Shown here in pieces: positions 49,850-62,760 of a DNA stretch of 64,000 nt (positions within the stretch are counted from its first letter, which is position 1; each line of letters opens with the position of its first letter). Below the pieces are notes generated by a model. That model was given only the letters and a program-made list of their open reading frames with translations, was not told the origin of the DNA and searched no databases. Made by a program: the position numbers and the translations under genes. The stretch covers positions 152,830,001 to 152,894,000 of the forward strand of contig NC_082710.1 of NCBI RefSeq assembly GCF_030144855.1. Reading direction: 5' to 3'. Source of the stretch: Hypanus sabinus (taxonomy: Eukaryota).

Positions 49850-50925
49850 TTGTAGTCACTCATTCTCCAAATTGCCAAAAATTTTCAGAGTGTCTGCTCT
49901 GGAATTATGACTGTTGGACCCTGCCAATCTCCCATGAAGAAAATTACTCTTGGGTGGCCAGTGTTCAAAACAAGCATTTTTACTTCAGATCAATGACTTG
50001 ACATCCAGCATTTGTGGTGGAATTAGGACTGGAGAGAGCAACTCAACTCAAGTGGGTCCTGACAGACCTTGCAGTTCACTTGAATACTTTCTCAGATGTA
50101 AGAAAAAGTTAAAACATAGCTAAACAGGAGTTCGTTCAAGCAGCAGAAGATTCAGCCAACAAGTTCCCACAGTGGATGTAACACTAAACCTATCCTTGTA
50201 GAGGGATCAGAAGTGGAGGGAATGAGAAATTTCAAGTTCCTGGGTGTCAACATCTGAGAACCTAGCATGGATGCAACATATTGATGCAGCTATAAAGAAG
50301 CCATGACAGTGGCTATATTTCATTAGGAGATTGAGGAGATTTTGTTGTTCTACTAAAACACTCGAAAACTTCTACAAACGTACAATGGAGAGCATTCTGA
50401 CTGGCTGCATCACCATCTGTTATGAGAGACTACTCTACAACTTGTAAAATTAGTCAGATCAGGGGTACCAGCCTCCATAGTATCCAAAACATCTTCAAGG
50501 AGTGATGCCTTAGGAAGGCTATATCTACCACCGCTCAGGACATGCCACGTTACACTGGAGCCATTAGGAAGGAGGCACACAAGCCTAAAGGCACAGCTTC
50601 TTCCCCTCTGCCAGCCAATTTCTAAATTGACATTGAACCCATGAACACTACTTCACTACTGTTTTAATTTCTGTAATTTTGCACTACTTGTTAACTTAGT
50701 CATATATATACTTTATGTAACTCAGTTTTTTCTTTGATGTTTATTTATTGTTAATTTCATTGTACTGCTGCTGTAAAGTTAACAAATCTCAAGACCTATG
50801 CCAGTGATATTAAATCTGATTCTGATTCTGACTAAGCTTGCTGAGGTGTGCAGTCATTCATCACAAAACCTGTTTGAGGCTCCACCCTGTGGTCACAACT
50901 GTGGTTGAGAGAGCCAAATGCTCAC
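49850..50925 (-). other. Gene B 3' UTR exon, interrupted by a LINE insertion
   Basis: Reverse complement of 50831-50925 and 49850-50187 is colinear with the UTRs of genes A and C. Confidence 0.65.
50188..50830 (+). mobile_element. Rex-type LINE 3' fragment inserted in the gene B 3' UTR
   Basis: Contains NFYKRTMESILTGCITI-like motif and an aaatctgattctgattctg tail. 5-bp TSD ACTAA at 50183-50187 and 50831-50835. Confidence 0.75.
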
Positions 50926-51044
50926 CTGCAAAGGAGAAAAGAGAAGAGATTGAATGTACAGTATAATACTGTAGCAGGTTTAACAAAGGCATCTGTCTGT
51001 TTACCCACCTCCAGTGATGCCTTGGTTCTTTCCTTGCTGCACCT

Positions 51045-51121
51045 CTACATCACTCCAAAGATTATTGCAAACACAGTCATCAGCCCCAACATGGGACCTG
51101 CACAATGGGGCTCACCAACTC
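51045..51121 (-). CDS. Gene B exon 5 coding part, GPI-signal-like tail (GVGEPHCAGPMLGLMTVFAIIFGVM*)
   Basis: Acceptor ggacag in phase 1. 77 nt to TAG. GTGGGT donor 36 nt downstream and an 83-nt intron at 50926-51008. Confidence 0.82.
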
Positions 51122-51559
51122 CTGTCCACCAAGTAAAGATCAGTAAATTAATAAATGATTTTATTATTGTCACCAGTTACCAGGTACAGTGGAAATACTT
51201 GTTTTGCATTCTGTCCCTGTAGATCATTACATCAGGATATAAAGGTTGTACAAGGGAAAGCAGTAACAGAATGCAGAGGATGTGTGGTGCTGGCCGGCAT
51301 TAAGATGCAAGACCATTAAAAGTTAAACTGAGGTCAGATGCCCATCTTACTATGTTTGGAGACTATTCAGTTTTCTCACAGGAGAAAAACAGAAGTGTTC
51401 ATTGATCATAGTAGTACATGCATTCAGGCTGTTGTATCTCTTACCTGATGGGAGCTGGGAGAAGTGGGGGGTGAGGTGTGGGGGGGGGGGGGGGGGAGGG
51501 TGATCCTTGGTGGGTGGTATCCAATATATTGGAAGATAGGAAAATGGAAGGTTTTGAGG

Positions 51560-52790
51560 AAGGAAGGTAATGTCATTCGGATGGAAAGGATGGAGAGGAG
51601 ATTCACAAGGATGATGCCAGGAATGTAATGCTTGAGATACAAGGAGAGACAGGGTAGGCATGGACTATCCCCCCCCCCCCCCCCAGAGTGTAGGAGGCTG
51701 AGTTATACAGAGAGGTATATACAATTTTGAGGGGCATAGTGCACAATAATTTTTCAGGGCTGCTGATGGTATAGGTTTCAGTTGAGAGAAAAGATGTAAC
51801 AGGAACCTGAGGGGCAACATTTTCACACATTGGGTGTTCATTTTATGGGTGCCAGAATAAGTACTTGAGGCAGACAAGTTAACATCTTTTAAGATACATC
51901 CAACAGTAGATGGATCTAAAGGGTTTAGAGAGATATGGGCCAGGATATATGGGAGTTTCTTGAAGGGGAATCTTGATTGACAAAGGTGTGCTGGGCTGAA
52001 GGATCTGTTTCTCTGCTGCCAAATTCTATGAATCTATGACAATCAAACACTCAACAGCCAGGCAGTGACCACTTGACAGTCAGGTCTTCCCCACAGTCCC
52101 AATTGCTTCTTAGTTGTTCTTTCTGTTGAGTTCCTATTGTGTTTCTTTGACCAACAGCTCAACTGTTTCTGTAACAGCTGGTGAGCAAAAGGAACAGATT
52201 TAATTCAAATGATAAAAGAGCATAGTAAATAATAACCTAGAAATTGGAAATTGGATATTTTCTTAGAATTAAGAAATTTTCAGGTGTGCAAGAAGGTGTG
52301 GGGCTACTTGAGCAAGTCTTTCAAAGTAGGGGATAAGGTGATGGAGATAGCCTACAGGATGCTGGATTTCATTGATCAGGGCATAGAATTCAAGAGAAGG
52401 GAACTTATGGTGCAGTTTCATGGTGGAGATTCTTGATTAGGTCTTTCAAAGAGGGAAATAGGGTGGTGAAGGAAGTGTACAAGAGACCAATTGTCAGTGC
52501 TTAGAATACAAGAGCATGGAAATTATGGTACAGCTTCATAAAACATCAGTGAGGCTACATTCTGAGTATTGTTTACAGTTCTGGTCACCAGAGCAGAGGA
52601 AAGGTGTGTTTGCATTAGACAGAGTGCAGACAAGATTCATCAGAATGGGGCTCAGATTGAATGGGAAGAGAAAATGGATACACTGAGTTTGTTTTCCTTA
52701 GATGGGAGGAGACAGAGGGTGGACCTGATGGAGCTATACAAAATTATTAGGGTTGTAGATAGGAAACAAACTGTTGGAAGCATTTTTTTA
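51560..52790 (+). mobile_element. CR1 LINE fragments
   Basis: AYRMLDFIDQGIEFKRRELM and related CR1 RT 3' motifs. Confidence 0.6.
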
Positions 52791-53374
52791 ATATAAATTA
52801 ATTCTGTTTTCACAATATTTTAAAAACTGTTTAATATGTATATACACACATTATAGTTGATTTACTTATTTTATAATTCTTATATTATCATTCATTGTAT
52901 TGTTCTGCTGCAGCTAAGTTAACAAATTTCACAACACATGCCAGCAACAATAAACCTGATTCTGATACTGAAGAATGCTGTAGGTTTTGCTTGCTGCAGT
53001 TTATGCTTCCACTTCATGTGTTTGCTTGAACTGTAGTAAACTTTTCCCCATAGTAAAAGTGCCTATAACTCAAGGTAGATTTAAGTTGATGACCTTTAGA
53101 AGTTCATAGGGAATCTACAGATGAATGCTTTCACCAAGGGGGTGTTGGAGTTGGGAATGGACTGCCTGAGGAGATGGAGGCAGAGGCCCTCATTATTTTC
53201 AAGACATATCTAGATGAGCACTTGACTCATCAAGTTAGGGAAGGGGATGGGTTGTGCTTTTGAGAACTAGGTTTGCATGAATCAGGTAGGCTGAAGAGCC
53301 TCCTTCTCTGCTACATGAGACCATGAGCCACCACAGGCAGAATGAAGCAAATTCTGTACCGTATAATGACCTAC

Positions 53375-53650
53375 CTCCCATCACCACCAGTGCCTGTGTC
53401 AGGCCGCTGTGCTCGATGTGACAGGCATAGATGTTTGGGTTGTTGCCCTGCAGCTCAATGACTAGTTCCATCCAGTATGTATCATTGAAGTTCGGTAGCA
53501 CAGTCACCTTGTAGCCCTCACAGACAACCTGCCCATTCTTCAGCCACGTAGCATTGATAGCACGGGGGTAGAAGGGAGTGATGATGCATGAGAGACTCTC
53601 GCCTGCAGTAGCTGTTGGCCTCCTTGTTGACACCTGGGCCTCTGGAACAA
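53375..53650 (-). CDS. Gene B exon 4, alpha3 domain
   Basis: Acceptor ttccccag. Contains LSCIITPFYP...W...YACHIEHSGL. Donor G|GTAGGT. 276 nt and about 74% aa identity to gene A alpha3. Confidence 0.95.
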
Positions 53651-54289
53651 CTGGGGAAGAATCAAATTATGTCACCATCTCACAGGCTGATGTTACCTTA
53701 CTGTTACAGGCTGAAGTTAGTGTTCAATGTTGGGATTACTCTCACATCCATCACTGTCTCAGAATGTGATTTGTCTCACTATTACACTATCTGATCTGAA
53801 ATCAGCCTCCCCAGCCCAAACTCATGCAAACAACAGACATATTACATTCATTCATCTGACAGGTCCAGATCGAGGTCACAGGCACTGTTTCCAATGAAAC
53901 AGTCATACTATATCCCAAATTAAGATAATCTTTAAACTGCAAGATGGAGAATGCCCTCAGCACAGCGGTGGTGATCAGAAGGTCTCTCACTGCCCCACAC
54001 ACTGCCCCAGATCGGGAGATCAGTCAATTTCTCAATTTGGGAGCACCCTCACTCAAAGATTTGAAGTACATTAATTATCAAAGTGTGTATACAGAATACA
54101 GCACTGAAATTTATCCTCCAATGTATCAGAGAGACAGAGACCCCAACGAACCCCTTCAAAGAAAACGAACACCAAACATGCAAAGAGAACAGATTGCACA
54201 AACAGCAAAGTGAGCTAGCAACTCATGGAATATCAAACATCTGAGCAGGAGTATTTCTGTTCTTAAGTGTCCATTCCCCATCTGTTAGG

Positions 54290-57200
54290 GCATAATAGTG
54301 GCAATGACTCCAGGGGCAGTGTCTCGTACTGAGAGATACGAGACATCCAGATGTGTCAAGCTGCAGCTCCTCAATGTTAAGAAATTGGACCTGCAGCTCA
54401 ATGACCTTAGCTTCATATGGGAGAAAGGAAGTGGTAGATAGGAGTACAGGGAGGTAGTCACCCTAGGTTGCAGAAGATAGATAAATTGGTGACTGTCAGG
54501 AGGAGAAATGCACAGCCAGTGCAGAGTAGACCTGTGGTCATTCCCCTCAATATAAGTGTACTACTTTAAATACTGTTGAGGGGTACAACCTACCGGGGGT
54601 AACCATAGTTACCAGGTATCTGGCACCGAGTCTGGTGCTGTGGCTCAGAAGAGCAGAGGGGTGAAGAAGACTGCAGTGTTGATAGGAGATTGCATAGTCA
54701 GAAGAACAGAGAAAAGATTCTATGGGCACAATGGGGACAGCCGGATGGTATGTTGCCCCTCAGTTGCCTGGATCACAGATGTCTCGGATCAGGTCCATTG
54801 CATTTTCAGGAGGGAGGGTGAGCATCCAGAAATCTTGGTGCATATTGGCACCAATGACATGGATGGAGAAGTGGAGGAAGTCCTGAAGAGAGGTTTTAGG
54901 GAGCCGTTTAGAAAGCTGTAAAACAGGACCTCCAAGGTAGTAATCACTGGATTTCTGCCCATGCCACACATCAGTGAGGGGAAGAATAGTATGATTCGGC
55001 AGGTGTATGTGTGACCAAGGAATTAGTGGCGAGGGCAGGGGTTCTCTTCTGGGTATGACCTGTACAAAAGGGACAGGTTATACCTGAACCCAAGGGGGCC
55101 CAATATCCTTGCATGCAGGTTTGCTAGAGTTGTTCAGGAGAGTTTAAACTAATTTGACAGGGGAATAAGAACCCAAGTGATAGTGCTGAGGATGGGGTAG
55201 TTGGTTTACAAACAGAGGCATTTTGTAATAGGACTCATAACAAGGAGGGGATGATGATTGGGCAAAATTGCCATCAACAGAATGAGCTGAAATTTAAAAA
55301 GTGGACAAAATCAAAAATGGTGAATACAGGACTAAAGGTGTTATATTTGAGTGTGTGCAGCATATGCAATCAGATCGATGAACATAGCACAGTTACAGAT
55401 TGGCATGTATGATTTTGTTTACATCATAGATTATGGCTGAAAGAGGATCAGATGGGATATTAGCATTCAAGGATACACATTGTATTGAAAGGATAGGCAG
55501 GTAGGCAGGGGGGGGGACGCATTGCTCTGTTGATAAAAATTGAAATCAAATCATCAGAAAGGTGATGTAGGGTCAGAAAATACTGAATCATTGTGGGTAG
55601 AACTAAGGAACTTCAAGAGTAAAACAATCTGTTGAGAGTTACATACAGACCCCTAAACAGCAGTAAGACAATAGGTGCAGAAGTAGACCATTCGGCCCTT
55701 TGAGCCTGCAATGCCATTCTGAGATCATGGCTGATCATCTACTATCAATAGCCAGTTCCTGCCTTGTCCCCATATCTCTTGATTCCCCTATCCATAAGAT
55801 ACCTATCTAGCTCCTTCTTGAAAGCATCCAGAGAATTGGTCTCCACTACCTTCTGAGGCAGTGCATTCCAGACCCCCACAACACTCTGGGAGAAGAAGTT
55901 TTTCCTTAACTTTGTCCTAATTGACCATTCCCTTATTCTCAAACCATGCCCTCTGGTACTGGACTCTCCCAGCATCTGGAACACATTTCCTGCCTCTATC
56001 TTGTCCAATCCCTTATTAATTTTATGTTTCAATCAGATCCCCTCTCAATCTCAGGATGTGGTCAACAAATTACAATGGGAGATAGAAACTGCTTGCCAAA
56101 AGGGCAGTGTTACAATAATGGTGGGGGATTTCAATATGCAGGTAGATTGGGAAAATCAGTTTGGTGCTGGATCCCAAGAAGTGGTATTTCTAGAATGCTT
56201 GTGGGATGGCTTTCTAAAGCAGCTCATGGTCGAGTCCACTGGGGTATCAGCTATTCTGGATTGGGTGTTGTGCAATGAACCAGAATTGTTTAGAGGGCTT
56301 AAGGTAAAGGTACCATTAGGGGTAACTGATCATAATATATTAGAATTCACAGTGCTATTTGAGAAGGAGAGCTAAAAGTCAGTTGCATCAGGATTACAGT
56401 GGAGTACAGGGAATTACAGAAGCATGAGAGGAGCTGGTCAAAATTGATTTGAAACAACTGAAAGGGATGATGGTAGAGCATAAATGGATGGAGTTTCTGG
56501 AAGCAATTCAGAAGGCGCAGGATATATACAACCCATAGAGGAAGTATTCCAAAGGCGAGATGACATAAGGTGGGTGGATAACAAGAAGTCAAAGCCAACA
56601 TAAAAGACAGAGCAGAATATAATAGAGCAAAATTTAGTGGGAAGTTACAGAATTGGGAAACTTCTGAAACCCAGCATAAGGTAACTAAGGAAATCATTAA
56701 GGAAAAGATGGAATATAAAAATAAGCTAGCCAATAATAATGAGGTTACAATAAGTTTCTATGATAGATAAAGAGTGAAAGAGCAGTGAGATTGGATTTTG
56801 GACTGCTGTAAAATGATGCTGGAGTAGTAATTGGGGTCAATGAAATATTGGATGAAATGAGGAAGACACTAGCAGTATGCTGGAAGCCTGAGAGTATCAG
56901 GGGAGCTGGTGTGTCTAAAGTTGCAATTACTAAACAGATGTTTCTTGTGAAAATGAAAGGTCTTAAGGTGACCTGGACAGATGGTGTACATGCCAGGGTT
57001 CTGCAAGAGGTGGCTGAAAAGATTATGGATGCATTAGTAATGATCTTCCAAGAATCTTTAGATTCTGGAACTGTTGCAGAAGATTGGAAGATTGCAAATA
57101 TCACTACTCTTCAAGCAGGGAGAGACACACAGAAGAAAGGAAATGATACGCCAGTTAGTCTGACCTCAGTTGTTGGGAAGATTTTGGAGCTGATTGTTCA

Positions 57201-59430
57201 AGATGGGGTTTTGGGGTACTAAGAGGCACATTATAAAGTAGGCCATAGTCAATATAGTTTCCTCAAGGGAAGATCTGTTGGAATTATTTGAAAAAATAAC
57301 AAGCTGGATAGACAAAGGAGGAGCTGTGGATGTTGTGTATTAGGATTTTCAGAAGGCCTTTGACAAGGTGTGACAGAGGTAGAACAAGGAAAGGGGTTCT
57401 ACTGAGGAAACTTGAACAACTAGGCACTAAATTAAAAAAAGCAGAACAAATAAGGTGTGAATCTCTGGATTACTACTGAGCCACGAGCATATTGGCATAG
57501 GGTTTAGAAGATTAGAGAGTAAAGTGTGTGGCTGAAGGACTGGTGTGGGAGAAGGAGGTTTGAATTCATGGGAAATTGGCACCAGTATTGGAGAAGGAGG
57601 GAGCTGTACCAATGGGACAAGCTCCACCTGAACTGTGATGGGACCTGGACCCTTGTGAATCACATAACCAGGGCTCTGCATAGGGATTTAAATTAAATAG
57701 TAAGGGGTGGGTTTAGTAGGGGGAAGGGTTCAACAGATTATAAAAGTATATATAAAGTAAAAGAGGAAAGTATAGATAAGGATAATGAAAAATCAAGATA
57801 AAGAGTTGAGTAAAGAAAAGAAGTCCAAAAGAGAAAAAGATGACAAGATTTTAAAAGCACAATGAGTGTAGGGGCATTTTATCTGAATGCCCTTAGTATT
57901 CAAAATGAGGTCTGTGAACTTTTGACACAAATCGGTACAAAGGGGCATGATTTCATGGGCATTACAGAATTGTGGTTGCAGGGTGGAGAGGATTGGGAAG
58001 TAAATATCCAAGGGTATCAGGTAATACAGAAGGATAGCCAAGAAGGGAGGTGATGTAGCACTTAATTGAGGAGCAGATCAGGGTGATAGTGAAAGGTGTA
58101 AGATCTAATGAGCAGAATTTTGAATCCATCTGGGTAGAGTTTAGGAATAGAAAATGGAAAAAAAAAATCACTGGTGGAAGTTGTCTATCGACCACTGAAT
58201 TATAACATTAGTGGCACAGGCAAATATCTGTGGCATGTAAGAATGGAACAGCAGTTATCGTGGGGGTTTTTAACTTGCGTATAGATTGGGTGAATCACGT
58301 TGATGGAGGCAGTATTAAGGATGACTTCATAGAATACATCCATGATGGCTTTCTTGAACAGCATGTTAATAAACCTACAAGGGAACACGCCATCTTAGAT
58401 CTGGTCATGTGCAATGGTCAAGTAAAATTAGTGATCTTGTAGTTAGGGATCCTCTTTGAAAGACAGATCACAGTATGATTGAGTTTCTCATACAAATGGA
58501 GGGTGCAATAGTTTGATCAAAAACAAGTGTTTTATGCTTAAACAATGGAGACTACAATGGGATGGTGGAGGATTTGGCTTGTGTGGACTGGGAATGCAGG
58601 TCATATTGTGGGAGGGTTGAGAAACAGTGGAAGACTTTCAAAGAGATATTTCAGTATTCAAGAGTATATGCCAGTGAATAGTGGGAAGTAATTAAGGGTG
58701 GGGAGAGCCAGCCTTGGATAACCATGGAAGTGAAAGAAGGCATCAAACTAAAAGCTTGTTTGTACAAATTTGCCAATAGTGGGAAACTGGAAGATTGGGA
58801 AAACTTTAAAAAGCAACAAAGAACCACTAAGCAAGCAATAAAGGGAAGACAGATTATGAAACTAAACTAGTACAAAATACAAAAACAGTTTGTAAAAGTT
58901 ATTATATAAAGCAGAAAAGGTTGGCTTAAGTGAAAATAGGTCCCTTGGAAGATGAGAAGGGAAATTAATGGGTAATGAGGAAATGGCAGAGGCTTTAGAT
59001 CTATGTTGTGTCGGTCTTCACAGTGGAGGTGGAGGACATGTATAACATGCCAAAAGACAGATGTTATGGATGCGATGGGAGGCAGGAACCCTGATACAAT
59101 AGGAATCACTGAAGAGGTAGTGCTGAGCATACTTGTGGGCCCGAGGATAGACAAGTCCCAGGGTACTGAAAGAAATGGCAGAAGTTATAGTAGAGGATTT
59201 GGTGATAATTTCACCAAAATGGAACAATAGAGTTGGAGTTAATGTATTAGCATGGATAGAGGATTGGTAGACTAATAGAAAGGAGAGTTGGGATACCTGC
59301 ATGTTACTCTGCTGTTAATCAGTGGTGAGTGATGTGCTACAGGGGTCTGTGCTGGGCCTGCAACTGTTCACGATATACATTAACGATCTAGAAGAGGGGA
59401 TTGAGTGTAGTGCATCCAAGTTTGTGTAAG
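54290..59430 (+). mobile_element. Degenerate CR1 LINE(s): ORF1 with esterase, endonuclease and RT; nested minus-strand CR1 tail at about 55670-56030
   Basis: SGNH-esterase-like VLIGDCIVR...VHIGTND, endonuclease IMVGDFN...AILDWVLCNE, RT PVSLTSVVGKILE and QGSVLG. Confidence 0.85.
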
Positions 59431-60600
59431 GTATGGAAGCATCCTGAACTTTGTCAATAAGGTCTAATCAGGCACACCTGACTCCTGAAAACTACTGAAT
59501 TGCATGTATTTTAAGGTACGAGACCATACTTGAGCTCACTTTAGCAATCTTTTCATGGGCTCACTGTAGTCATGTAATTAAGTAATTGGACTGAATACTG
59601 GGGTCTGTGTCTTTGTTTAATCGGAGATAGTAAAATTTCTGTGACACTCAGTGTAGAGGAGCATCCTTTTAAAATGGAGGTCAGGAAGTATTTCTTTAGC
59701 CAGAGAGCAGTACATCTATTGAATTCGTTGCCACAGGCAACTTGGCAGCTATGGAGGCCACATCTTTAGGTATATTGAAAGCAGAGATTGATAGGTTCTC
59801 TATGGTCATGACATGAAGGGAGACGGTGAAGGCAGGACATTGGAGCTACGAGGGATAATGGACCAGCATGATGAAATGGTGGAGCAGACTCGGTGGGCCA
59901 AATGGCCCCATTCTGCTTCTATATCCTATGGTTTTATCGAGTCTAGATATATTCAGTTTAGTTCAGTGCCTTGCTACAAGTCAAATGCAGGGTGCAGAAT
60001 CAATCTTTGAATTGCCCAGTGCACACTGATACACCTCGATCAAACTGCTCATAAACAGCAATACCTGAAACATGAACCCAAAAGTTCCCCAAAATGAGTC
60101 ACAACCATGAGTCTCACTGATCAATCCCTGCACTTTCCTCCAACCACAGCTAGTAAAAGGGAGAGGAATAGCAGCCAAACACGGCAGATGGCGCCAAACA
60201 CCAGCCTGGCCTCCACCCCAGGCCTCGTGCACTTCAACCTTGCTCAACGCCTCAGTCAGAGAGAAGCAATGGAGCCAATAATGGGCTCACAGTCCCCCTC
60301 CAGGCCGTGCACTCCAATCAACTCACTGTTTCAAATTAGATCCCTTATTACTCCAGGTGGGAAACCCCTAACCATTTTGTTTTGGGAGCTCCCTCTTTCC
60401 CATATCAGGAGATCCCTCTGCATCTCCGATTGGGAGCTTCCTTGCTGTCCAGATCAGGAGATCCATCAAATCCTTCGGTATCCTGAATCATGACAGCCCA
60501 CACCATCTCTGTCTCAGAGCCCCATAATCGTCTCAGACTGAGATATCTCTTATGTCGCTGAATTGGGAGTTCCCTCACCATCACAGAATGTTCCACTTGC

Positions 60601-60846
60601 CTTGCCTTTCAGATGCTTCTTTTCCAAGCTGAACAGCTCTTTGCAAGTACCGAATGCAGCAAATCTCCAATTCATGCTGTTCTTTGAAATTGAGTTGCTG
60701 AAATGAATTGAACAATCCTATGAGATTTTTCTTTGTGCTAATATCATTGCTGATTGCTCCAAATTCAGGGATGTTGACTTTTAGAATCAGATTGACCGTA
60801 TTTCCAGTCTGTGTGCAGCCCAAGATTCCCTGTATGTAGCTGAAGT
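60601..60846 (-). CDS. Gene B exon 3, alpha2 domain (8 aa shorter than gene A)
   Basis: Acceptor tttacag. Reads FSYIQGILGCTQ...ICCIRYLQRAVQLGKEASERQ. Donor AAG|GCAAGT (GC-AG). 246 nt, phase 1. Confidence 0.88.
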
Positions 60847-60946
60847 CTGTAAAGTAACAACAGATTAATTAACATTCATGGCTGAAGCTTCCAACATTAA
60901 ATCTGATATCCATCTGGATAATGATCTACTAAGTACATAAATGCTA

Positions 60947-61332
60947 CAAAGGCTGATTGATAAGTTTATGGCCTAAGGTAGAAGGAGTCAATTTAAGAAA
61001 ACCTAGCACATTTTTCAACATACTTCCCTCCTTCATTTACACACTTAGTCCAGAGGACATGGAGCATATGGATCGTCGACCTCCAGAAAGCGTCCACAGC
61101 AGGGGTGATTGATAAATTTGTGGCCTAATGTAGAGGAGATGAGTTATACAGCTCTCATTACTTGCATATGCAGTTCAACTCGGTGATTATGCAGAAAGTT
61201 TGAAGTTAATAACTCGCCAGGGGTAATAAGTCCGTGGCCTAAGGTGGAAGGAAATGTTGAAATATAAATGTGCTAGGTTTTCTAAAATTGACTCATTCTA
61301 CCTTAAGCCACAAACTTATCAATCACTCTTCG
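60947..61332. mobile_element. Tc1/mariner-type MITE
   Basis: Imperfect TIRs of about 80 bp (tgattgataagttt-tggc-taaggtagaa...aaaacctagcacattt) flanked by TA on both sides. Two further internal partial copies of the terminal motif. Confidence 0.8.
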
Positions 61333-61339
61333 TACGTGA

Positions 61340-61870
61340 CAAAGAGGTGCACAAAGTAGTGGGTCACGGTGAGGGACTGTGTACAGTTAAGGCTGAGAGC
61401 ATGGGGTGACAGCGTACCATATAGAACATTTGTCTGTGGCACAGATCACAGGGTCTTGTGGAATCAGTAATCAATGTGAGCAACTGTACATGGCAGGGTG
61501 GGAGGGGAAGTTTAAAGAGATTAATTTGTTATCAAAGAATGGCAATGTTTTCAAGTGTACAGTGAAAAACATTCGGATTGGTTACATCAAAGCTGGTAGG
61601 TAAACACCAAAGCCCTGAAAGACAAAAGGCTGTGGGAGTAGTGGACAGCCAGTCCCATCACAGGTACAGCTCTCCACATCGTTCAGGACATCTGCTGAAG
61701 GCAATATCCCAGGAAGACAACATCCATCATCTGGAACCGCACCCTCCATATCATCCAGGACAGACCCTCATCTTGATGCTCCCACCAGGAAGGAGAGACA
61801 GGCCTAAGGACTCACACCTCAGGCTCCGACAAGAGCTCCATGACCAACAGCACCAGGTTCTTTAACCAAC
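61340..61870 (+). mobile_element. Rex1/Babar-type LINE 3' fragment
   Basis: HHLEPHPPYHPG...LLPPGRR-like C-terminal motif. Confidence 0.5.
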
Positions 61871-62339
61871 CAGAAAAACCTTAACGTGACCCGGGATTAT
61901 AGTCTTATCTCTCTTAACCTTGCACAAATATTACATTTATTTTGTTGTATATCTTTGCACATGTGCAGGTTGTGTATACTTAAAATTTTAAATTGACTCC
62001 ATGCTAACATGTCCTGTAATACAGAATGCTGCTGCTGCAAAACAGTAATTTTATGGCATTTGTACCCTGTGTATGTAAGCCTATGATCAGAAAAAAAATT
62101 GAGCTTGAACATATGCAGAGTGCACAGTACAGAGATCACATTGAAACAGTGTGCATACAAAGCAGGGGGCACATTGAAGGACTCTGTCAATATGTGGGAC
62201 AGAGCAGGAGCTTGGTGAGAATCTGCACTGTGCAGTCGGTGCTGAACCACGTCCACTGCAGAGTTACGGCGGTGAATTGTGAAAGCAACGTGTTTGTATT
62301 CAGTGTCAATAAGCACAGAGTGTGCACCACAGCAGGTCT

Positions 62340-62760
62340 GGTCGCTCTGTGATGGTGAGGATTTCGAGAAGGTGCAGAAGATGCTTACCAGATGCTGCCT
62401 GCATTGAACAGCATGTGCTATAACAAGAGATTGGACCAACTTGGGCTGTTTTCAGTCGACATCTGTATCATTTTTTCCTTAGTTGAAATGTCTAATACAA
62501 GAGGGTATGTTCAATGCTGATGTGCAGGGTCAGTCTTTAACAGAGTGGCCCGTTCCTAAATTGTGCTGCCAGGGATGGTGGAATTAGCAGATACAAAGAG
62601 GGTGTTCAAGAAACCTAGGCGAGCAGGAAATGGGATGACATGGACATTGTGTACACAGAAAAGATTAGATTAGTTTGGCATTTGATTATTAATATAATTA
62701 GTTCAGCAGAACTTTGTGGGCCAAAGGGCCTATTCCTGTGCTGTTGTGTTCTATGTTCTA
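62340..62760 (+). mobile_element. CR1 3' fragment
   Basis: agaaggtgcagaagatg-ttaccagatgctgcctg...ttgggctgtttt...gggccaaagggcct-ttcctgtgctg tail. Confidence 0.65.

Noticed and set aside
51470-51690. Poly-G/poly-C runs as functional G-quadruplex elements (also at about 14385 and 21536)
   Set aside because: They are simple homopolymers in or near decayed repeats, are not conserved between paralogs and are prone to sequencing length error.
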